Positions 58,125-64,000 of a DNA stretch of 64,000 nt are shown in pieces. The notes under the pieces were generated by a model. It was not told the origin of the DNA. It did no database searches and saw only the letters and a list, made by a program, of their open reading frames with translations. The translations under genes and the position numbers were made by a program. Each line of letters starts with the position of its first letter. Position 1 is the first letter of the stretch. Source of the DNA: Candidatus Cloacimonadales bacterium (GTDB lineage: Bacteria > Cloacimonadota > Cloacimonadia > Cloacimonadales > JAFGVF01); contig CAXXJV010000001.1 of NCBI GenBank assembly GCA_963663475.2, positions 256,001 to 320,000 on the forward strand. The letters are read 5' to 3'.

Positions 58125-60488
58125 ATGAATCTACCATGGTATTGGTTTATAGCCCCATTTGGTTCAATACTAGCACTAATTTTCGCTTATATTTTTTATA
58201 CAGAGGTTAAAAAAAATGATCCAGGCAATGAAAGAATGCAAGAAATTGCCTCTTACATCAAAGATGGTGCATATGCCTATCTAAAACAACAGTACATCGG
58301 CGTTAGTATCTTCTTCATTGTTGCTTTCATCATCTTTAATCTCATGGCATGGGGCTTACATATCCTAAACACATGGGTTCCTATCGCTTTTGTAACTGGA
58401 GGTTTGTTTAGTGGCTTAGCTGGATTCTTCGGTATGAAAACTGCCACAATGGCATCTTCTAGAACTGCCCAAGCTTGTAGTCATAGTCTCAATAAAGGAC
58501 TTAAAGTTGCTTTTAGAGCCGGTTCTGTTATGGGACTTGTAGTAGTAGGCTTAGCCCTTATCTTCATCTCAGGCTGGTTTTATCTACTCAATATGGTTGG
58601 CATGGACCTTCATCAAATAACTGTAGTTATGTTATCATTTGGTATGGGAGCTTCAACCCAAGCCCTCTTTGCTAGATTAGGGGGTGGTATCTATACTAAA
58701 GCTGCTGATGTGGGAGCAGATTTGGTTGGAAAAGTTGAAGAAGGTATTCCTGAAGATGACCCTCGTAATCCTGCTACTATTGCCGATAATGTAGGTGATA
58801 ATGTGGGTGATGTTGCTGGAATGGGAGCTGATCTCTTTGAATCTTATGTTGGTTCAATTTTAGCTACTTCTGCCTTAGGAATGGCTGCAGTGATTCAGTT
58901 TGGTAGCAAGTTTCAAGCTCAATGGGGACTTAACTTTGTTATAGCTCCAATGATTTTGGCTGGTCTTGGTATAATACTCTCGATTTTAGGTATTTACATG
59001 GTATCAACTAAAGATGATGCTTCTAGTAAAGATTTACTTCTTTCACTTAATAAAAGTGTCTATATCAGCTCTGTTCTCATTGCTATTGCTTCAGGTATAA
59101 TCTGTAAATTATTACTTCACCCTTCCATTTACTTAGGAATTTTCATTGCCAGTCTTACTGGCTTAATTGCAGGAATTTTAGTAGGATACTCAACAGAAAG
59201 ATATACTTCAGATTCTTATGCCCCTACTCAAGGTATTTCAAAACAAGGACAATACGGACCTGCAACAGTCATTATTGATGGTTTAGCTGTTGGCATGAAA
59301 TCTACTGCAGCTCCAGTAATTATCATAGCTGCTGCAATTTTAATAGCCTTCTCAGTTAGTGGCGGGTGGTCAAGTATAGAACTTGGACTTTATGGAATAG
59401 GTTTTGGAGCTGTTGGTATGCTAGCGACTTTAGGAGTTACCCTTGCTATGGATGCTTTTGGTCCAATTGCTGATAATGCTGGTGGTAATGCTGAAATGTC
59501 TGCTCTTCCAGAAATAGTAAGAAGTCGAACAGATGCCTTGGATGCTGTAGGTAATACAACTGCTGCCACAGGTAAAGGCTTTGCTATAGGTTCAGCAGCT
59601 CTTACTGCTATGGCACTTCTGGCTGCTTATATAGAAGAAATTAGAATCTCTCTCATGAGAATTGATCCCCATCAACTAATTAATGGGTTAAGTTTACGAG
59701 TAGCAGGAGTATCTGACTTCATGCTTCATTATAATATAAATTTAATGAATCCTAAACTATTAGTTGGTGCTTTTGTTGGTTCTATGGTTGCCTTTCTCTT
59801 TGCTGCCTTTACCATTAAAGCAGTAGGTAATGCTGCTGGTGATATGGTAGCTGAAGTTAGAAGACAATTCAAAGAAATACCAGGTATTTTAGAAGGTAAG
59901 ACTACTCCTGATTACAAAAGATGTGTCTTAATTTCTACTAAAGGTGCTCAGAGGGAAATGATAAAGCCTGCCATTTTAGCCATTGTTACCCCAATAATAG
60001 TAGGTTTAATATTAGGTATTCCTGGTGTTCTTGGCCTTTTAGTAGGAACTTTAATTTCAGGACTAGTTTTGGCAATCCTCATGAACAATTCTGGCGGTGC
60101 TTGGGATAATGCTAAGAAGTTTGTAGAGACTGGCCAGTTTGGAGGTAAAAACTCTACTGCTCACAAAGCTACCATTGTTGGTGATACAGTAGGAGACCCT
60201 CTCAAAGATACAGCAGGTCCTTCTCTAAATATTCTAATTAAACTCATGAGTATTGTTTCAATTATCTTTGCAGGATTAATAATCTCTTATTCACCATATA
60301 TAGAAAAGCTCTATGACCAAGGTTATTCTGATATTAACCAAATGCTTTTAGAGTCCAACCAGAAAGAAGAAACTCTTAAAGATATTCAGAAATGGCAAGA
60401 GGAAGCTGAAGACATGACAATGATAAATGCCTCAGAAGATATGCAACAAGATAAGGTAAATAATTCTACTGAAATTAAACCAGAATAG
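58125..60488 (+). CDS. hppA: Membrane-bound K+-stimulated, probably Na+-translocating, pyrophosphatase
   Basis: [34 protein letters not shown] (Ala = K+-dependent type), [10 protein letters not shown]. Confidence 0.95.
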   Translation: MNLPWYWFIAPFGSILALIFAYIFYTEVKKNDPGNERMQEIASYIKDGAYAYLKQQYIGVSIFFIVAFIIFNLMAWGLHILNTWVPIAFVTGGLFSGLAGFFGMKTATMASSRTAQACSHSLNKGLKVAFRAGSVMGLVVVGLALIFISGWFYLLNMVGMDLHQITVVMLSFGMGASTQALFARLGGGIYTKAADVGADLVGKVEEGIPEDDPRNPATIADNVGDNVGDVAGMGADLFESYVGSILATSALGMAAVIQFGSKFQAQWGLNFVIAPMILAGLGIILSILGIYMVSTKDDASSKDLLLSLNKSVYISSVLIAIASGIICKLLLHPSIYLGIFIASLTGLIAGILVGYSTERYTSDSYAPTQGISKQGQYGPATVIIDGLAVGMKSTAAPVIIIAAAILIAFSVSGGWSSIELGLYGIGFGAVGMLATLGVTLAMDAFGPIADNAGGNAEMSALPEIVRSRTDALDAVGNTTAATGKGFAIGSAALTAMALLAAYIEEIRISLMRIDPHQLINGLSLRVAGVSDFMLHYNINLMNPKLLVGAFVGSMVAFLFAAFTIKAVGNAAGDMVAEVRRQFKEIPGILEGKTTPDYKRCVLISTKGAQREMIKPAILAIVTPIIVGLILGIPGVLGLLVGTLISGLVLAILMNNSGGAWDNAKKFVETGQFGGKNSTAHKATIVGDTVGDPLKDTAGPSLNILIKLMSIVSIIFAGLIISYSPYIEKLYDQGYSDINQMLLESNQKEETLKDIQKWQEEAEDMTMINASEDMQQDKVNNSTEIKPE

Positions 60489-60603
60489 TGCATTAGAACT
60501 TCGATAATACTTCGCTAAAGCTACGTATCACAGGTGAAGATTGCTAGATTCTTTTAGCAAAATAAGTTAGTCCTATTCGCAAAGGCTCCTGCATTATTTG
60601 AGT
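60479..60603 (+). mobile_element. Family-A MITE variant (family-E insert, internal deletion) overlapping hppA 3' end
   Basis: TAA|accagaatagtgcattagaact...cctgcattatttgagt|TAA; insert 60503-60532. Confidence 0.8.
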
Positions 60604-60624
60604 TAAATAATTAATTTACTTTTT

Positions 60625-60664
60625 GAGGTAATCATAACTTTTCTCCTGTGATTACCTCTTTTTT
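60625..60664 (+). terminator. hppA terminator
   Basis: gaggtaatca-N14-tgattacctc followed by T run. Confidence 0.65.
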
Positions 60665-60780
60665 CTGAAAGGCTATATGGCAAGATATAAGCTTGTCAGC
60701 AATTTAGATAACTTCTTATATAAAGTGAGATTACACCATCTCTCACTCATAGCATACCCAACTAAACTCAAAGTTTAATC

Positions 60781-60807
60781 TTGACATAATTTGCACATTC
60801 TTACAAT
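60781..60807 (+). promoter_or_regulatory. Promoter of ABC exporter pair
   Basis: TTGACA-N15-TACAAT. Confidence 0.5.
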
Positions 60808-60837
60808 AACACCAAATTAATATTAAAAAGGATTATT

Positions 60838-62586
60838 ATGGGACCGTTCAGACATGTTATTAAATATGTTAAAAAAAGTATTCCTCGGATTCTATTAGGA
60901 TTTGTCGTTCTACTAATAGTTGATGTTATTCAGCTTATCATCCCAATTCTGACTAAGAATGCAATAGACAGAATTCAAACACAGACTATCTTAAAATCAG
61001 GTCTAGTCGTTATTGCTGCCCAGATATTAGGCTTAACAGTAGGCATTATGATTATGAGATTCTTCTGGAGAATATTAATCATTGGTAACTCTTTTATTAT
61101 TGAAAAGCTTATCAGACATCAATTTTATGAACATTTAATGAAATTATCACAGAACTTCTTTAACAGACATAAAATAGGTGACTTAATGGCCCATGCTACT
61201 AACGACCTAAATGCTGTTAGAATGATGTTTGGCTTTGGTCTGATTGCTGGTTTTGATATTGTCGTAATGACTATCGCTTCTCTTAGTTTCATGATAGGAA
61301 TAAATGGCAGATTAACCCTCTATGCAATACTTCCCATGCCAATTATAACAATAAGTATTTTATATTTTGGTAAAAGACTTCAAAAGAGATTCCGTCAAGT
61401 CCAAGAATCCTTTTCTGATATGTCAGGAACTATCCAAGAAAGCATATCTGGAATTAGAGTTATAAAAGCCTTTGTTCAAGAAGATCAAGAGCTTGAAAAA
61501 GTTAAGGCTACATCAAAAGAATACGTTAAGAAGAATATCTCTATGGCAATTTTAGATGGCCTTTTTCATCCTTTAATGGGATTTATCATCAGTGTATCAA
61601 TGTTAATAACCTTAATTTTGGGTGGTCAATTAGCTATCAATGGGACAATTACAATTGGTGATTTTTATGCTTTTAATTCCTATTTAGGCATGTTAATCTG
61701 GCCAATGATGGCTATTGGAATGGTAGTTAACCATTATCAAAGAGGTACAGCTTCTCTTAAAAGACTAAATGTTATCTTTGATGCTCTTCCTCAAATCTCA
61801 GATGCAGAGGCTGACCATAATATTAAATCAATCAAAGGAAAAATAGAAATTAAAGATTTAAGTTTCGTTTATCCAGATTCTTCTGCTCAGATATTTAAAT
61901 CAATAAGTACCTGTATTGATCAAGGTCAAACTTTAGCTATAGTAGGTAAAACTGGTTGTGGTAAATCCACTTTAATAGATTTAATTACAAGAGTCTATAA
62001 TCCACCTAAAGCTTCAATTCTTATTGATGGTAATGATGTTCATAAGATACCTTTAGAAGTACTACATCGAGAAATAGTAATGGTACCTCAGGATATTTTC
62101 TTATTCTCAGAAACACTTGCTAATAATATTTCTTTAGGCAGACCAGATGCTTCTAGACAAGAGATTGAAGATGCAACTAAGCTGGCTCAAGTCTATGATG
62201 ATATAATGGATTTCGAACATCAGTTTGATACAATCGTAGGAGAAAGAGGAACTACTCTCTCTGGTGGACAAAAGCAAAGAGTAGCAATTGCTAGAGCCTT
62301 ACTCTGTAATCCGCAAGTTTTAATCTTAGATGATGCTCTTTCAGCAGTTGATACCCTCACTGAGAAAAACATTCTTAATCATCTTATCGATTATCGTCAG
62401 AATAAAACTACAATTATTATCTCTCATAGAATCTCTTCAGTTTCCCATGCTGATAAGATTATTGTCATTGATGATGGTAAGATAGTTGAAAGTGGTAATC
62501 ACCAAGAGCTTCTTTCTTTGAATGGTATATATAAAGACTTAGATGATAAGCAGAAAATTGAAGAGAGACTAGAAGGAGAGTTTTAA
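60838..62586 (+). CDS. Heterodimeric ABC exporter subunit 1 (YheI/MdlA-like)
   Basis: Six TM helices, GDLMAHATNDL, GKTGCGKST, LSGGQKQR, degenerate Walker B LILDDALSAVD. Confidence 0.93.
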   Translation: MGPFRHVIKYVKKSIPRILLGFVVLLIVDVIQLIIPILTKNAIDRIQTQTILKSGLVVIAAQILGLTVGIMIMRFFWRILIIGNSFIIEKLIRHQFYEHLMKLSQNFFNRHKIGDLMAHATNDLNAVRMMFGFGLIAGFDIVVMTIASLSFMIGINGRLTLYAILPMPIITISILYFGKRLQKRFRQVQESFSDMSGTIQESISGIRVIKAFVQEDQELEKVKATSKEYVKKNISMAILDGLFHPLMGFIISVSMLITLILGGQLAINGTITIGDFYAFNSYLGMLIWPMMAIGMVVNHYQRGTASLKRLNVIFDALPQISDAEADHNIKSIKGKIEIKDLSFVYPDSSAQIFKSISTCIDQGQTLAIVGKTGCGKSTLIDLITRVYNPPKASILIDGNDVHKIPLEVLHREIVMVPQDIFLFSETLANNISLGRPDASRQEIEDATKLAQVYDDIMDFEHQFDTIVGERGTTLSGGQKQRVAIARALLCNPQVLILDDALSAVDTLTEKNILNHLIDYRQNKTTIIISHRISSVSHADKIIVIDDGKIVESGNHQELLSLNGIYKDLDDKQKIEERLEGEF

Positions 62587-64000
62587 TGAGAAATGCAGGA
62601 ATGGATTTTGATGAAATCAAGAAAAATATATTAGATAGAAGACTGATAGCTAATCTCTTAAATTATCTCAAGCCTTATTTATGGATGGTAATTTTATCTC
62701 TCTTTGTCTTGTTTGTTATTGCTGGTATAGAACTAGTTCTTCCTCTGATTACTAAGTCTGCCTTAGATGATTTTATCATCCCTAACAAGCAGATATACAC
62801 TACAAATTCTCAAGAAAATAGACTCCAGTTAGAAGAAATACTTGCTGATGATTCTTATTTTATCTCAACATATAATGGAGCAATTTCTTTCATCATTGAT
62901 AGCCAGGAAGTTAAAAGAGTACAAAAACTCTACCCTGATAAAATGCCTCAGTATAAGATCGATGAAGAATTGTTCTATGTAGTTCCTTATAACACAAGGA
63001 ACAATCAAATCATTAAAGATAATAAACTAGAAAATACACTTACAGAAATATCTGATAATTATCTAGCCCTTCCCTATTCTGCAGTCAAAAATCTTTCTGC
63101 TTCAGATATTCTCAATTTAAATAAGCAGATAGACTATAAAATGTTTGGGAAAAGGTCTATTGTAATTAACTTTTGGATATTAGGTTTAATCTACCTAGTA
63201 TTTATCTCATTAAGGTTTGTTTTCCAATTCTTACAGACCTATATGACCCGTTATTTTTCTCAACATGCAATGAATGATTTAAGAACAGACCTATACAGAC
63301 ATCTGCAAAAAATGCCTACTTCCTTCTTTGATAAAAATCCTGTAGGAAGATTGGTTACTAGGGTCACAAATGATATTAGATCTATAGATGAAATGTTAGC
63401 AGCTGGTGTAATTACTATTGTGCAAGATGTTATTATGATTGTTATTATCATATCTATTATGCTTACCCTAAACTGGAAGCTAGCCTTAGTTAGTTTCATT
63501 ACTATCCCATTTGTGATTATCTTAATTAATATCTTTAAAAAGAAAACACGTAAAATTTATAGAATTGTTAGAAAGAAGTTAGCAGCTCTTAATGCAACCT
63601 TAGCAGAACATATGTCAGGAGTTAAAATTATTAATCTTTTCAATCAAAGAGAGATTAAAATGGCATATTTTGATAAGTTAAATCAAGAGTATTTTGAGAC
63701 TAACTATGCCCAGTTAAAACTCTTTGCCTTCTTCCGTCCTATTATCCATGTCATGTCACAAATCTCTGTTGCCTTGATACTTTGGTATGGTGGTGGACAG
63801 ATCTTAGATGGTATTATCACTATTGGTACCTTCACAGCCTTTACCTTCTATGTAACTAGACTCTTCCAGCCTATTAATGATTTCAGTGAAAAATTTAATA
63901 TTCTCCAAGGTGCTATGGCTGGTGCTGAGAGAATCTTTGATCTTATGGAAGATGATATTGATGACTATAGAGAAGAGTTAACTATAGAAAAAATATTCGA
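62586..64000 (+). CDS. Heterodimeric ABC exporter subunit 2 (YheH/MdlB-like), runs off the window end; not in ORF track
   Basis: ATG overlaps previous TAA; MRNAGMDFDEIKK...YLKPY...; FFDKNPVGRLVTRVTND; large loop between TM1 and TM2. Confidence 0.88.
   Translation, partial: MRNAGMDFDEIKKNILDRRLIANLLNYLKPYLWMVILSLFVLFVIAGIELVLPLITKSALDDFIIPNKQIYTTNSQENRLQLEEILADDSYFISTYNGAISFIIDSQEVKRVQKLYPDKMPQYKIDEELFYVVPYNTRNNQIIKDNKLENTLTEISDNYLALPYSAVKNLSASDILNLNKQIDYKMFGKRSIVINFWILGLIYLVFISLRFVFQFLQTYMTRYFSQHAMNDLRTDLYRHLQKMPTSFFDKNPVGRLVTRVTNDIRSIDEMLAAGVITIVQDVIMIVIIISIMLTLNWKLALVSFITIPFVIILINIFKKKTRKIYRIVRKKLAALNATLAEHMSGVKIINLFNQREIKMAYFDKLNQEYFETNYAQLKLFAFFRPIIHVMSQISVALILWYGGGQILDGIITIGTFTAFTFYVTRLFQPINDFSEKFNILQGAMAGAERIFDLMEDDIDDYREELTIEKIF

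Overview
AT-rich bacterial chromosomal segment from an anaerobic, amino-acid-fermenting diderm. Cloacimonadota/FCB-group origin is inferred from several secreted proteins ending in an 'YPNPFN...IYNxKGQ.V...W.G...G.Y...K..LLK' C-terminal sorting domain (CTD) and from a KamB-like gene. About 45 CDSs are mostly housekeeping or metabolic (porB, YtrABC-type ABC, sppA, hybrid histidine kinase, groEL with CIRCE, eukaryote-type UGPase, hutU, purB, lgt, etfB, polysaccharide genes, fusA, nrdG, hppA, heterodimeric ABC exporter). The most interesting feature is a tandemly duplicated two-gene cassette at 13.0-21.5 kb. In each copy a 238-aa CTD-bearing protein, whose passenger is reduced to one ~14-aa beta-strand-like peptide, is translationally coupled to a large CTD-less FGE/CLec-fold repeat protein whose N-terminal Ig-like domain seems to lack its last strand. 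This suggests a donor-strand 'tag/catcher' surface display system (inference). Intergenic regions are full of non-autonomous repeats: a ~163-bp fold-back MITE with 3-bp TWA target duplications (12 or more copies, several at stop codons, some nested), a second TIR-bounded element, IS200/REP-like hairpin clusters, and a long perfect palindrome. I found no rRNA, tRNA, CRISPR array, transposase or reverse transcriptase.
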